A stretch of 47,592 bases of DNA from a virus. Numbering within the stretch: the first letter of the stretch is position 1; every line of letters begins with the position of its first letter. The position numbers and the translations under genes were made by a program. The DNA lies in the IMG/VR virus record IMGVR_UViG_3300037297_000139, positions 1 to 47,592 of that record, one strand, 5' to 3'. The notes beneath the pieces were generated by a model, which did not search any database, was not told the origin of the DNA, and saw only the letters and a list, made by a program, of their open reading frames with translations. Shown piece after piece: positions 8,244 to 17,772 of the stretch.

Positions 8244-9397
8244 GTGATCGTCACATAGATCCGGGCCGAATCGAGTAGCCCGATCTGCAGTGCTCCGATG
8301 GTGTAGTTAGTTGGGGAATAGGTGGGGTGGATTCCGATCGTCAAAGCCGATACGTCGGTCACACCGACCGTGCTGAGAGCCGCCGCGATCAGCTGGGATC
8401 GGATGACATCTTCGCCCACCTCTTCAGTGTACCCTGCAATGATCGCAGCCTTGACTGCGTTGGCCGTGGTAGATCCGACGACCGTCACGGCTACGGACAG
8501 CTCCACCTGCTCAACGCGATTCCAGTATACTAGCTGATCGTCACCAAACGGATCGGTTACGGTTGACTCAATAGCCCCGACGGTTGGTCGTCCCGCCCCC
8601 TTCGCAGCATACAGCGCATCTGCGACATCTTGATCTGCAGCTTGCGGTGTAGCACCGTCCCAAATGGTCGCCTGGATAGCATGCGGCGGAATCGCGTTGA
8701 CTGTGTAGTCGTACACATTCTCCCGCACGTCAACGTCCAGCACACCTTCCACTGCTTGCAAGTCGGCAGTGATAGCTGGCACGGTCGCCTTCCCCGAAGC
8801 GGCGAGACTGTTCTCGCGTTCGGTGCGAAGGGAATCAAGAGACTGAAGATCAGCACCTGGGATCGCGTCGGCTGGATTCGTGACAGCTGACAATCCGTCG
8901 TGTGGAGTCTGAATCACGGTCAGGGTGCCGGCTAGCGCCACGGCGGCCGAGCTGGCAGCAACGGACGAGAAATCAACTAGCTGCCACCCCGCACCGGTTG
9001 CAACGATTTCTTCATCATTCGTCCAGGTGTTGGAGCTTTGCCCCGCCACTGCCACGGTCAAACCGCCCGCAGCGATAGTCGCAGCCTTCGAAAACGTGCA
9101 CTGCAGAACAACACTGCCCTGCTTTGGCCCTTCTCGAATCACGCCCGACAGCTTACACAGACCAACGAGCAAAGCTTCCACGGCTTGATCCGGATCCGTG
9201 GCGTTGCACGCGGCTTCCACCAGCTCCCACAACTCCTCAAGGTGGTCGGCGACGATGGCATCCCAATTGCCTAGGACCGTTTCCTCGGATAGATCCAGGT
9301 TTTCCGAGACGCGAGCACGCAGCCACGCGGACATGTCCGCAATGATTTCGGAGTAGAGCTTTCGGCGGAACCCGGTTGCAGTCAATCCGTACGTCAT
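8240..9397 (-). CDS. Baseplate J-like wedge protein (Mu gp47 / P2 gpJ / T4 gp6 class)
   Basis: 385 aa. The N-terminus MTYGLTATGFRRKLYSEIIADM..LDLSEETVLGNW is typical of the Baseplate_J family, and the gene position matches. Confidence 0.85.
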   Translation of the reverse strand: MTYGLTATGFRRKLYSEIIADMSAWLRARVSENLDLSEETVLGNWDAIVADHLEELWELVEAACNATDPDQAVEALLVGLCKLSGVIREGPKQGSVVLQCTFSKAATIAAGGLTVAVAGQSSNTWTNDEEIVATGAGWQLVDFSSVAASSAAVALAGTLTVIQTPHDGLSAVTNPADAIPGADLQSLDSLRTERENSLAASGKATVPAITADLQAVEGVLDVDVRENVYDYTVNAIPPHAIQATIWDGATPQAADQDVADALYAAKGAGRPTVGAIESTVTDPFGDDQLVYWNRVEQVELSVAVTVVGSTTANAVKAAIIAGYTEEVGEDVIRSQLIAAALSTVGVTDVSALTIGIHPTYSPTNYTIGALQIGLLDSARIYVTIT

Positions 9398-9756
9398 AGG
9401 AACGCGACACTTTCTGAAATGGTTTCGCCCCCGACGCGCACAACATACGTCGCGACGGCCATTCGCTCGACGCTATCGAACGAGAGTTGCAAAGACTCCA
9501 CGGAAGTTACCCCCCGCGTAGTGCTCAGGGTGCGCCACACGGCAGCACGAAACCTGACAAGCGCTGCGTCGGAAGGCTTCGTGAGAATTTCGTCCAGGTA
9601 TTCGATCCCGACGTTGGGATTGTAACGCCATCGCCCCTTGAACATTCGGAGGCGCGCACGAATGCGCGCTGCGACTTCCAACGGGCCCTGGCAACACAGC
9701 AACGCCCGCCCGCCTTCGGACAATGCCAAGTCACCGGGGATTTGGAAACCAGTCAC
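9394..9756 (-). CDS. Small baseplate wedge protein (gp25 / GpW / XkdS class)
   Basis: 120 aa directly upstream of baseplate J, GTGA overlap at its start. Assigned by size and position. Confidence 0.65.
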   Translation of the reverse strand: MTGFQIPGDLALSEGGRALLCCQGPLEVAARIRARLRMFKGRWRYNPNVGIEYLDEILTKPSDAALVRFRAAVWRTLSTTRGVTSVESLQLSFDSVERMAVATYVVRVGGETISESVAFL

Positions 9757-10385
9757 GCGCTACACCTTACCACAGTCGAGGCAGTCGGCACAGGCGCCCA
9801 CGCTTGCAGGGCCGTCAAGATCGCGGCCCCCCCATCGTTCGGCACAGGCACAGCCGCCGCAATGATGCCTTGCAACGAGGACAAGATGCTATCCACCACT
9901 GCAGCCAATGCCACTGCTTGAGTAGCCGGGTAGGCTCCCAAGTCCACCCCGGTTGCCCCTACGTGCACGATGAATCCGCCGTCCAGTCCCAACACTGCAC
10001 CGGGGTAGGTGGCAGCCGACGCGATAGGCGACAGGTCGGGGGCGGCCCCGGGGATAGCGTAGGCAAACAACCCGTGGCGGCGGAGCAGGGCCGGAGCTAG
10101 CGGGATGCCGCCCAGCCGCCACGGGTTGAAATCTTGCTCACAGAACACGAGTAGCACCGCGTCTGTGGGAATGATCGGCATGTGCAGAAAGTGCCCGCCG
10201 CCGCGCGGCCACGCAACTGGCACGTCTTCTAGCGGGGGCATCCCGTCAATCACGGGCTGTACCGCGACTTGCTGCAGCGCCGCATTGTACGTGGACACGA
10301 TAGCCGGAATCGCAGTGTGCACGCCGTCGAGCGAACGCTTAATCGACTCGTGAATCACTTCAGGCCATTTCGGATCAGACGTCAT
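9753..10385 (-). CDS. Baseplate central spike / gpV (Mu gp45)-like protein
   Basis: 210 aa. GVHTAIPAIVSTYNAALQQVAVQPVI resembles the OB-fold N-terminus of gpV-type spikes, and the position matches. Confidence 0.65.
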   Translation of the reverse strand: MTSDPKWPEVIHESIKRSLDGVHTAIPAIVSTYNAALQQVAVQPVIDGMPPLEDVPVAWPRGGGHFLHMPIIPTDAVLLVFCEQDFNPWRLGGIPLAPALLRRHGLFAYAIPGAAPDLSPIASAATYPGAVLGLDGGFIVHVGATGVDLGAYPATQAVALAAVVDSILSSLQGIIAAAVPVPNDGGAAILTALQAWAPVPTASTVVRCSA

Positions 10386-11302
10386 GCGTAAGCCTCGAAA
10401 TCGGTATACCAGTCACCGCCGCGCGTATCACCTGTGTGGCGCACTAGCTTAGCAATCTGGGGCCCTGTGTTGTTGCGAGACTGCAGAATGAATTGATGCC
10501 CGGGCTTCAATTGCGGGAGCATGAGGCAACGTCCAGCCGTCACAGTCACCGGCGTGATCTCCTTTTTCTTGGTGATGCTGTTCTCGCGTTCGATCTTCAG
10601 AGTCTCCGTTGCCGTCTCCCCGACCAACCCGGTCAACGGCGACACGATCTGCGCTACGACGTCCGCCGGTACCTCCGGCGCGATCCGGACTTGGATCCCC
10701 CCGTCCTGAATTGACCACGTCAAAGCGCAGGAACGCATGAAGTAGATCAGCTCTTCGAAGAGCGGTCCGTCTACTGTGAAGGCGTGGGTCAGAGCGTTCC
10801 CGGTGAGTACGCTTGCCGCGGCCGTTTGGATTGTGGAGTTGCCAGGCTTGACGTTCAACTCTTTCACGAAGTCCTGCAACACCTTGAAGACCGGAGTTCC
10901 CTTGCCCCACGTCTTGTGAATCGATTTTGACGCCAGCGGTTCACCGTCCTTATCGAGCGCCCCATCATCCGCGTAAAGGGTCGTCACCCAATCCGGACCA
11001 TCTTTGATCGACCGTGCATTCTGTAGCATGCCTTCGAAGATCACGCCGCTGGAATCCCGGTAGCCGGCGGTCAGCTTGCACGGGATGGCAGTCTGCTGCC
11101 CGAGCCAGTTACGGTGGTCTTCGTTCAGGTTCCAGATGACAACCTCCGCCGAATTCGGCCAGGGCTTTTCATCCCGTTCAATATCGAATGCGATGCGAAG
11201 CGAATCGATCTTGGCAGAGCTTGACTCGACAACGAAGCCGCCAAACCCGAGCGGCCCGGCTTCGCTCAACTCAAGCGAGAAGGAACGGATCCATTGCGCC
11301 AC
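10382..11302 (-). CDS. Baseplate hub protein (P2 gpD / Mu gp44 / XkdQ class)
   Basis: 306 aa, GTG start sharing one nt with the upstream TAG. Size and position between the tape-measure-proximal genes and the spike fit this class. Confidence 0.65.
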   Translation of the reverse strand: MAQWIRSFSLELSEAGPLGFGGFVVESSSAKIDSLRIAFDIERDEKPWPNSAEVVIWNLNEDHRNWLGQQTAIPCKLTAGYRDSSGVIFEGMLQNARSIKDGPDWVTTLYADDGALDKDGEPLASKSIHKTWGKGTPVFKVLQDFVKELNVKPGNSTIQTAAASVLTGNALTHAFTVDGPLFEELIYFMRSCALTWSIQDGGIQVRIAPEVPADVVAQIVSPLTGLVGETATETLKIERENSITKKKEITPVTVTAGRCLMLPQLKPGHQFILQSRNNTGPQIAKLVRHTGDTRGGDWYTDFEAYA

Positions 11303-11619
11303 TAGTCCGGCTCCTCGTAATAGAGACGCACGCGAGAACCGAGGCCCGTCAAGTCGGCGTGCTCGTTCACCCCATCCGTTGGCAGCGCATACAGTGCGCC
11401 GGGCAACGTCGTACCCGAACCCCGAAGCAGGTTGATCCCGTTGACCACGACACGATTTTCGATCACTGCGTCGCCGTCGGTTCGGTACAGTGAGACGTGC
11501 CAGTGCTCCGTTCGAACCGACCAGACTAGCCGAACGATGTGCTCGATTCCACTCAACGCCACTTTCATTTGGTAGGCGTAGCGGTCTCCGTCCGAACGGG
11601 TTGGGATTTCTACGATCAT
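11302..11619 (-). CDS. Hypothetical small tail protein
   Basis: 105 aa, ATGA-coupled, high GC3, inside the tail module. Confidence 0.7.
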   Translation of the reverse strand: MIVEIPTRSDGDRYAYQMKVALSGIEHIVRLVWSVRTEHWHVSLYRTDGDAVIENRVVVNGINLLRGSGTTLPGALYALPTDGVNEHADLTGLGSRVRLYYEEPD

Positions 11620-12359
11620 AGTCCTAGTGCATCCGGCAAACCTGACTGAACCAGAAGGGACTTGTCCACCACGTCTTCAGCGATTTCGTCAACCGACCTA
11701 GATCCCTGATCCAAGATCGGCACGGCCGAAAGCGCCGCAGCCCCTACCGCACCCACGACATCCCCAACCAACGAAGCGGCCGCCGTTTCGACTGTGGCGA
11801 TACTCTCCAAACGGATCGTGAATCGAGCCAGCCCAGCTTCACCGCTTGTCCGCGACAGCTGAACGGAAGTGATCACCAGCCCAGTCCGGACAAGTCCGGC
11901 ACGCTGGAACGTGCACAAGTACCCGTTCGACCTTACGTCTAGCAACTTGTCGTGCAGCTCGTTGATATAGTCTGTGTCGTCATTGGCCGTCAGCATGTAG
12001 ACCTGTGGTCCCCCGCCGCCGGCTAGTCCGATGGCACTTGCCACGGCTTCGACTGCGGCCCCGACCGCCATGGTCAACGCAAGCAAGCCGCTTGGGCTGA
12101 ACGCGCTCGGCCTCGGGTTGATCGTGACTTGCTGCCAATCCGTGTGCTCTTCGTTCTCAAGGGGCTTGTTCGATTGGACGAAGTCCACGATCAAAGCGTC
12201 GGGCTGGTGGATGATATGATCGGCAATCACCGAACCGGATTCGATCGGATGCTTCGTGACTTCGCTTTCGCCGTTGGCTTGAATCGCCGTCACAGCGTCC
12301 GCCGTCAACGCCCCACCCTGCCCGGGCAGATCACCTTCCCAAGTCAGCCAATCAGCCAC
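11616..12359 (-). CDS. Tail-tip/baseplate protein following the tape measure
   Basis: 247 aa, GTG start overlapping the TMP stop by 8 nt. The motif KHPIESGSVIADHI recalls distal-tail/DNA-circulation-position proteins. Confidence 0.7.
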   Translation of the reverse strand: MADWLTWEGDLPGQGGALTADAVTAIQANGESEVTKHPIESGSVIADHIIHQPDALIVDFVQSNKPLENEEHTDWQQVTINPRPSAFSPSGLLALTMAVGAAVEAVASAIGLAGGGGPQVYMLTANDDTDYINELHDKLLDVRSNGYLCTFQRAGLVRTGLVITSVQLSRTSGEAGLARFTIRLESIATVETAAASLVGDVVGAVGAAALSAVPILDQGSRSVDEIAEDVVDKSLLVQSGLPDALGL

Positions 12360-14829
12360 GAGGTACCCCTACCAGCGCCGCGTTGGTTTTGGCAGCGGCC
12401 GACCGCCGCCCTTGTGCAGCCCCGGCGGCCGCGGCTCGGCCGACCTTTGCCGCATTGCTCGGAGTGGCTACCTTGACCGACACGGTCGAGTGATCGTTGA
12501 TTTCGACGCGCGTTCCTGTACCACCGCGGTATCCGGCACCCGGCTCCGCCCGCCCTTCGCGCACGGCTTGCGCTCGACGCGACGCGGCGGCGCGGCGGGC
12601 TTTGGCGTTCGCTTCAGCGTCTACGCCTTTGAAGAAATCCCCGGTTGACGCCAAGCTCTTGACGCCTTCGATCAACCCGGACCAACCTCCGACTTCGTCA
12701 AGCAAAGAGGAGAACTGCTGCCACGCTACGACCACTGCAGCCACGGCCGCGGCAACTGCCCCTAGCGCTGCAGCCAACCCCATCACACCCCCAGAAGCTG
12801 CAGCAGCTGCCAGCTGCCCTGCAGTCCACGCAGCGGCTGCCTTCCCCCACGCGGCGACTTGGCCCAGTACTGCCACCCCAAGCCGAAGCACGGCGGCCGT
12901 TACTCCCGGGAACGCTGCGGCGAGCAAACCAACGAAGCCAACCGTCGCAACGATTTTCTTGTCGTGCTCGTCCAGAGTTTGGATCCAGTCGCGAAGCTTG
13001 TGCGCCGTTTTCACGATCGCGTCGCGGATGTCTTTCCACACATCCCGCAGCCACTCAAGCACGGCTTTTGAAGTGCCCACCCCGAACAAGGCGTCGAGCA
13101 AGCGCCCCAACGCGGAATCGCCGCCTTTGAGGAAAGTGATAATGTCGTCCAGGATCAACGTCCAAGCGATCCACGGAAGCAGGAACCTCGCGAGCCTCGC
13201 AACCCAAGGGAAGAATTTCCCAAGCGCTCCGCGCAGCCCGCCGACTCCCCCCAGCAACTTCGAAAGGAGCTTCCCGAACAACGCCCACCCGCCGGTCAGA
13301 AACGCTGCCTTGAAAGCATTGGTGCGCTTCGCCACCTCGGACACACGCGACATGAACGCGGTTAGCTGGGTCGAAGTCCAGCGAATCGCCGGCACGAGGT
13401 AGCCGACCAACGTGACTTTGAGCCGCTCGAATTGCAACCCCGTGAGCAGCATTTCATCTTTGGTTTCTTCGGCCTGCTTGGCGAAGTCCTCCGAGAATAC
13501 TACCCCCAACTCCTCGACACGCTTCCGCACCGCGTCGATTTCTTCGGGCGTCCCCTGGAATGCCGATAGCAGCCGTTGCCCCGACTCCCCGAACAGCTTC
13601 TGTGCCATCGCACCGCGCTTGATCGGATCTTCGATTGACGCGACCGACTTCCCGAATTCGTAGAAGAGCTGTTCTGGGGACTTCCCCTTGATCGAATCGA
13701 TTTCGATCCCCATGGCGCGCAAAGCGTCTTTCGCTTCGCCCTTGCCTGTGGCAGCTAGCACGCCCAGATTTCGCGTCAGGGTGGAGACACCGATCCGCAA
13801 CTCTTCTACCTTGACGCCACCCAACCCGGCAAACGCTTGCAAGCGTTGCAGTGCTTCGGCAGTGAACCCCAATTGCTTCGCCAGCTTCGCAGTCGCGTCC
13901 ACCTCTTCGAGCGTGCCCGATACGACTTCGGCTAGCTTGCGCGCGCCGAACACTGCGCCGAACGCGCCGCCGAAGATCCCCAACGCAAGCGCTGCTTCCC
14001 CGGCCACGTCTTTCAAAGATCGGATTTGCCGCACCGCCTGCGGCGCTTTCCCGCCAGCAAACACCTTGCGCCAGGCGGCCCCCAACTTCGCCAGGCGGCC
14101 TTCCGTTTTCGCCGCTACTTCGGCGACGGCTGCCGTGTCTGCCGCTGGCTTGGCTGCGATGCTCGCTGCCTTGAGATTGGCACGCAGCCCCTCGCGACCG
14201 CCACCCAAAGCTGGCGTTGCGACCTTTGATCCAACGTCCCCCAAGATCTGTAGCGCCAGCTGCGAGCGCTTCGCCTGGCTCTCCACCCCGGCAAGGCGTC
14301 CGGTGACCTCGGTCCACACTGAAGCCGCTGAACGCCCCTTCGCGGACAGCTTGGTTGTGTCCGCTCCAAGCTCTCGGAACGCAGCCGCTAGCTTCTCGTC
14401 CCCGCCAATCGCTGCGCGCACATTCACACGCAGCATCCGCACTGCATGTGCCAAGTCAGTAATCGTAGCGCCGTTCTGTTGGGCCAGCGCCCCCCACCCG
14501 GCAAGCGATCCCTTCAAGCGTGCGCCAGAGGTAGAGGCCTCGCGCGCGCGCTCCGTCAAGGTGTTGGCGGCCGCAGCTAGCGTGCGCACCCCAGCTGCGG
14601 CTTTGGTGGCCGCCGCGTTCTGTTGAGCCAGCGCCCCCCACCCGGCAAGCGAACCCTTCAACTTTGCGCCCGACGTAGCGGCTTCTCTGGCTCGTTCCGC
14701 CACCGTAGCGGTAGCAGTGGCCAGCTTACGCACCCCGGCTTCGGCTTTGGTGGTCGCCGCGTTCAGCGAAGACAGGGCGCCCTTGTCCCACTTGAACGTA
14801 AACTCGGCCCAGATTTCACGCAAGGCCAC
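12352..14829 (-). CDS. Tail tape measure protein
   Basis: 825 aa, Ala/Leu/Lys-rich helical sequence with hydrophobic segments in the C-terminal third. It lies directly downstream of the chaperone pair. GTG start. Confidence 0.9.
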   Translation of the reverse strand: MALREIWAEFTFKWDKGALSSLNAATTKAEAGVRKLATATATVAERAREAATSGAKLKGSLAGWGALAQQNAAATKAAAGVRTLAAAANTLTERAREASTSGARLKGSLAGWGALAQQNGATITDLAHAVRMLRVNVRAAIGGDEKLAAAFRELGADTTKLSAKGRSAASVWTEVTGRLAGVESQAKRSQLALQILGDVGSKVATPALGGGREGLRANLKAASIAAKPAADTAAVAEVAAKTEGRLAKLGAAWRKVFAGGKAPQAVRQIRSLKDVAGEAALALGIFGGAFGAVFGARKLAEVVSGTLEEVDATAKLAKQLGFTAEALQRLQAFAGLGGVKVEELRIGVSTLTRNLGVLAATGKGEAKDALRAMGIEIDSIKGKSPEQLFYEFGKSVASIEDPIKRGAMAQKLFGESGQRLLSAFQGTPEEIDAVRKRVEELGVVFSEDFAKQAEETKDEMLLTGLQFERLKVTLVGYLVPAIRWTSTQLTAFMSRVSEVAKRTNAFKAAFLTGGWALFGKLLSKLLGGVGGLRGALGKFFPWVARLARFLLPWIAWTLILDDIITFLKGGDSALGRLLDALFGVGTSKAVLEWLRDVWKDIRDAIVKTAHKLRDWIQTLDEHDKKIVATVGFVGLLAAAFPGVTAAVLRLGVAVLGQVAAWGKAAAAWTAGQLAAAAASGGVMGLAAALGAVAAAVAAVVVAWQQFSSLLDEVGGWSGLIEGVKSLASTGDFFKGVDAEANAKARRAAASRRAQAVREGRAEPGAGYRGGTGTRVEINDHSTVSVKVATPSNAAKVGRAAAAGAAQGRRSAAAKTNAALVGVPRG
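14476..14763. repeat. 144-bp (48-codon) diverged tandem duplication inside the tape measure gene
   Basis: Residues 23-70 (NAATTKAEAGVRKL..GSLAGWGALAQQ) and 71-118 (NAAATKAAAGVRTL..GSLAGWGALAQQ) are clear paralogous copies. Confidence 0.85.
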
Positions 14830-15414
14830 GAGCTAGATCCCTTCTATCCTGTTGTGCTGCGGCCGCTTCGTCCAGCGCGTCTAGCACTGCGTGCGCTTCG
14901 AAGAGATCCACGATCGACCACTGGCCGAGAATCGTCGCCAGGCCGTCGGGGATCCGATCGTCCACGGCTATCCGCCAGATCCGCCAGTCAAGCCCAGCTG
15001 GGAGGCGAAGCGGTTCACCGCCCCCATTACGAGGGGTAGGCCAGTGCCGTCGAAAAAATCCGCGAACTGCCACTCGATACAGGACACGAGCCACGCCAAC
15101 ACAGTAGCTGCCTTGCGCTCGAAAACCAAATCGGCGAAGTCGGAAAGGGAGACCCACTTATCGCCTTGCCACTTGACCTGGCAAACCTGCGCGAAGCTTT
15201 CGACTAGCTCGGGCAAGCGATCCAGCCCGGCCAGTGCTTCACGAAGCGCCCGGGGGTCCAGCGACTGCTTGTTCTTAGCGTCCGCGAGTGGCGCCAGGCC
15301 GAGCAAGGCCGGGACAAGCGCCGCGGTGATCAGCGATTCGATTCGCAACGCGGCTTTCAGTTTCAGCGACTTCTGCTTGAATTCGATCTCACCGACCGTG
15401 AATTCGTGCTCCAT
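14816..15414 (-). CDS. Tail assembly chaperone, -1 frameshift fusion product (G-T type)
   Basis: Zero frame reads ..GAT TTT TTC GAC... A -1 slip at T_TTT_TTC enters the 14816..15157 frame exactly at codon CGA (15052), giving ..DFF-RRHWPTPRNGG.. and ending at 14816, just inside the TMP start. Confidence 0.75.
14968..15414 (-). CDS. Tail assembly chaperone (lambda G-like, zero-frame product)
   Basis: 148 aa. AAAGGAG lies upstream of ATG 15414. The gene sits between tube and tape measure and contains the slippery heptamer. Confidence 0.85.
   Translation of the reverse strand: MEHEFTVGEIEFKQKSLKLKAALRIESLITAALVPALLGLAPLADAKNKQSLDPRALREALAGLDRLPELVESFAQVCQVKWQGDKWVSLSDFADLVFERKAATVLAWLVSCIEWQFADFFDGTGLPLVMGAVNRFASQLGLTGGSGG
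15052..15058 (-). promoter_or_regulatory. X_XXY_YYZ slippery heptamer TTTTTTC for -1 programmed frameshifting
   Basis: Plus strand reads gaaaaaa at 15052..15058. The heptamer is in the correct register relative to the chaperone frame (codons D119 F120 F121). Confidence 0.75.
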
Positions 15415-15439
15415 TTTGCTAGCTCCTTTCGGTCGGCGG

Positions 15440-15880
15440 TCAGTTGCCGCCGACGATCATCGATTGCGGCGAGGCGACGATCATGCACCGCCAGGTCACG
15501 TCTTCAGGCTTCTCCCCGAAACCCTTGTCGGGGACGCGCTGGATACAGCACTTGTCGGCTGCCATGATCGTGGATCCGTTGTTGTCCCGCAGTAGGAACA
15601 CACCCACGCCGGCCCCGCTGCTGCTCGCCGTGTTGACTCCGTGCACGGCCGCCAGCTGGGCGTTGTGAGAGCTGAACCCTTTCAACGTGACCTCGGCGAT
15701 GAATCGAGTGTTGTGCTTGTTGTAAAGGCACACCTCTCCGTCGATTCCCGCTTCCCAATCGAAATCGTCATCGACCGCCATCACCTTGACGAACGGGCTT
15801 CCCAACCCGTCTTCGATTGGGATCGCGCAGATCACCAGCGAGACGGCCGCGTCGTCGTAGACTTTGAAATCGCTTCCCAT
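15440..15880 (-). CDS. Tail tube protein (DUF3277-like)
   Basis: 146 aa immediately downstream of the sheath gene, with GGGAGAAGGA upstream of the ATG. Sequence character matches tube proteins that pair with DUF3383 sheaths. Confidence 0.8.
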   Translation of the reverse strand: MGSDFKVYDDAAVSLVICAIPIEDGLGSPFVKVMAVDDDFDWEAGIDGEVCLYNKHNTRFIAEVTLKGFSSHNAQLAAVHGVNTASSSGAGVGVFLLRDNNGSTIMAADKCCIQRVPDKGFGEKPEDVTWRCMIVASPQSMIVGGN

Positions 15881-15901
15881 GGGTTCCTTCTCCCTGTCAC
15901 G

Positions 15902-17209
15902 CTACGGGGTTACCGTGCCGTCAATCTCCACGCTATGGATCGCGCCCTGCAACACGGCAGAGAACCGGATGTCCGGGAACAAGCGGGCGGTCTTGTTCGC
16001 TGCCGACACAGCCGAAACGTCGGGGCGAGTCACGGACCAGCCTGGCGCATACAGCTTGGCCTTCTCGCCGCTTGCGAGCACCCCAGAGACAGCCGACTCC
16101 AGCACACTGGCGCCCGCATTCGTGAAGCCCAGTTTCTCGTTGTTCGTGAGAGCGGCAATCACCGCCTCTTGCATCCGCGCTTTGGTCCACGCAATGCCCC
16201 TGGTGATGTCCAGGAACCGCCCGGACGTCGCGAAGCCGTCGAACGTGTGCGAAATCCCCTTCGTGTTCTGGTAGGTGATAGCCTTTGCGGCGCGAGCGTA
16301 TCCCAGCTCGGTCGCGGTGTAGGCATCCGCAACCGCCCCCGAAACGGTCTTGAGTGCCCAAGTAGAGCTACCTGGCGCGCGCGACAGCTGACGCCCCATC
16401 AGACCGGCCTCGCACTGCCCCTTCCCGTCACGAGTCGAAAGCACATAGGTGTTGTGATTCGTCAACGCGAGCAAGTCGGCTGCGACCCCGCCGTCGCTCG
16501 TGAGGATATCCGAATCGATCGACAGCGACCCAAAGAGCCGCTCATTCGTGAGGGCCCACGCGGCAGCGGCCAGAATCTCGGCCGCCGAATTGGAGTCGAT
16601 CAGTAGCCCGTACCAGTCGTCATCGACAGCGAGATTGGCAGCCAAGTCCGTGGCGATTCCCGCGTCGGCGCTCGTGTCGTCCAGCTCGCAACCGAGGACG
16701 TTCCGGAGGTAGATTCGGACTTCGTCGTCGTCCGGTTCGACCGTGACGTGCGTCGTGTTGTCCGTCGGGGTCAGCCCCGACACACCCCCCAACTCTGTCA
16801 CCAGATCGTCGCACACGTCGGCGATCAAGTCGCCGGCTTGCGGGGTGACGGCAATGGTCGTCACGGTCCCCCCAACGTCCACGTCAAAGCCGAGCGTCCG
16901 ACCTTCGGTAGCCCACGCTGGTGTGATGTCCACGGATTGCTGATTCGCCGCGGCGCGCACGCCGACTTTGAACGTCGAGCAATGCGGCGTTTGCGCACAG
17001 ATGGCAGCGGCCTTCCGATAGGCATCGTGATCCGACGTGAAACCGTCCGACAGAAGCGACGTCAACCCGGCTGGGTTCGCATTGTACTGGCGTACCTCCC
17101 CCACGAAGTTGTCGTGGTACGCCAGGATCAGCGGAACCCCGAAACCGGCCACAGAAGGCGCACTGTCCGCAACGGAAATGGAAACAGAAACAACGTCATC
17201 AACGCCCAT
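15902..17209 (-). CDS. Contractile tail sheath protein (DUF3383-like)
   Basis: 435 aa. The N-terminus VSVSISVADSAPSVAGFGVPLILAYH is typical of DUF3383 sheaths, and the gene lies upstream of the tube. Confidence 0.85.
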   Translation of the reverse strand: MGVDDVVSVSISVADSAPSVAGFGVPLILAYHDNFVGEVRQYNANPAGLTSLLSDGFTSDHDAYRKAAAICAQTPHCSTFKVGVRAAANQQSVDITPAWATEGRTLGFDVDVGGTVTTIAVTPQAGDLIADVCDDLVTELGGVSGLTPTDNTTHVTVEPDDDEVRIYLRNVLGCELDDTSADAGIATDLAANLAVDDDWYGLLIDSNSAAEILAAAAWALTNERLFGSLSIDSDILTSDGGVAADLLALTNHNTYVLSTRDGKGQCEAGLMGRQLSRAPGSSTWALKTVSGAVADAYTATELGYARAAKAITYQNTKGISHTFDGFATSGRFLDITRGIAWTKARMQEAVIAALTNNEKLGFTNAGASVLESAVSGVLASGEKAKLYAPGWSVTRPDVSAVSAANKTARLFPDIRFSAVLQGAIHSVEIDGTVTP

Positions 17210-17211
17210 GG

Positions 17212-17772
17212 TCAGCCTCTATCGTAGGTGGTCTCGGGGATTTCGATTTCTGCGGGCGCGTACACCGTACCGCCCACCTTGACATGCTCAATCACGCCAA
17301 CCGCATCCGGATCGTCTCGGTGGAATTCTGCGCGAAACAAGATGTCGAACGAACGCGCAGCGATCAGATGCTCGCCGCGTTTGAAAGTGCGATCCACGCT
17401 CGGACCGCGAAGTGCAATCGAATGCACACCAACCGCTGACAGCTCGGCTTGCGCCGCCTGCAACTCGAGTCCGAGCCGAGCGTCCCCAGCTACTGCGAGC
17501 GCATCGGCAGCCGTCGCTACGTTGATCGTCTCGGCTTGCACTTGGATCACGATGTCGCGAAGCACGGAAAGCCGCCTGGCGTACCCGGCTTGCGAAGCGG
17601 TCCGAACCTCCCGAACGTTCGTCATGTCCACGTCGGACACCACGAACAAGCGGATCACTGGATCGGCCACAGGCTGCGCCGCTTTCCCCCACACAACCGC
17701 ACCGGCCGTCACGCCCGAAGCGGCCACGACTGCAGCGACAACCGCCGTCCGAAGCTCCGCCCAAGTGGTCAC
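17212..17772 (-). CDS. Tail completion / tail terminator-position protein
   Basis: 186 aa between the head-tail joining genes and the sheath. Assigned by position only. Confidence 0.6.
   Translation of the reverse strand: MTTWAELRTAVVAAVVAASGVTAGAVVWGKAAQPVADPVIRLFVVSDVDMTNVREVRTASQAGYARRLSVLRDIVIQVQAETINVATAADALAVAGDARLGLELQAAQAELSAVGVHSIALRGPSVDRTFKRGEHLIAARSFDILFRAEFHRDDPDAVGVIEHVKVGGTVYAPAEIEIPETTYDRG

Noticed and set aside
12497-16606. Long plus-strand ORFs antisense to the tail genes (12497..13402, 13688..14626, 14891..15595, 15641..16606), plus similar ones elsewhere (1013..1831, 19010..19624, 19913..20692, 29834..30706, 32579..33652, 35339..35980).
   Set aside because: Their translations are low-complexity Arg/Pro/Ser/Ala-rich. 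They lie exactly opposite genes with clear family motifs, have no ribosome-binding sites, and are typical antisense open frames of high-GC DNA.
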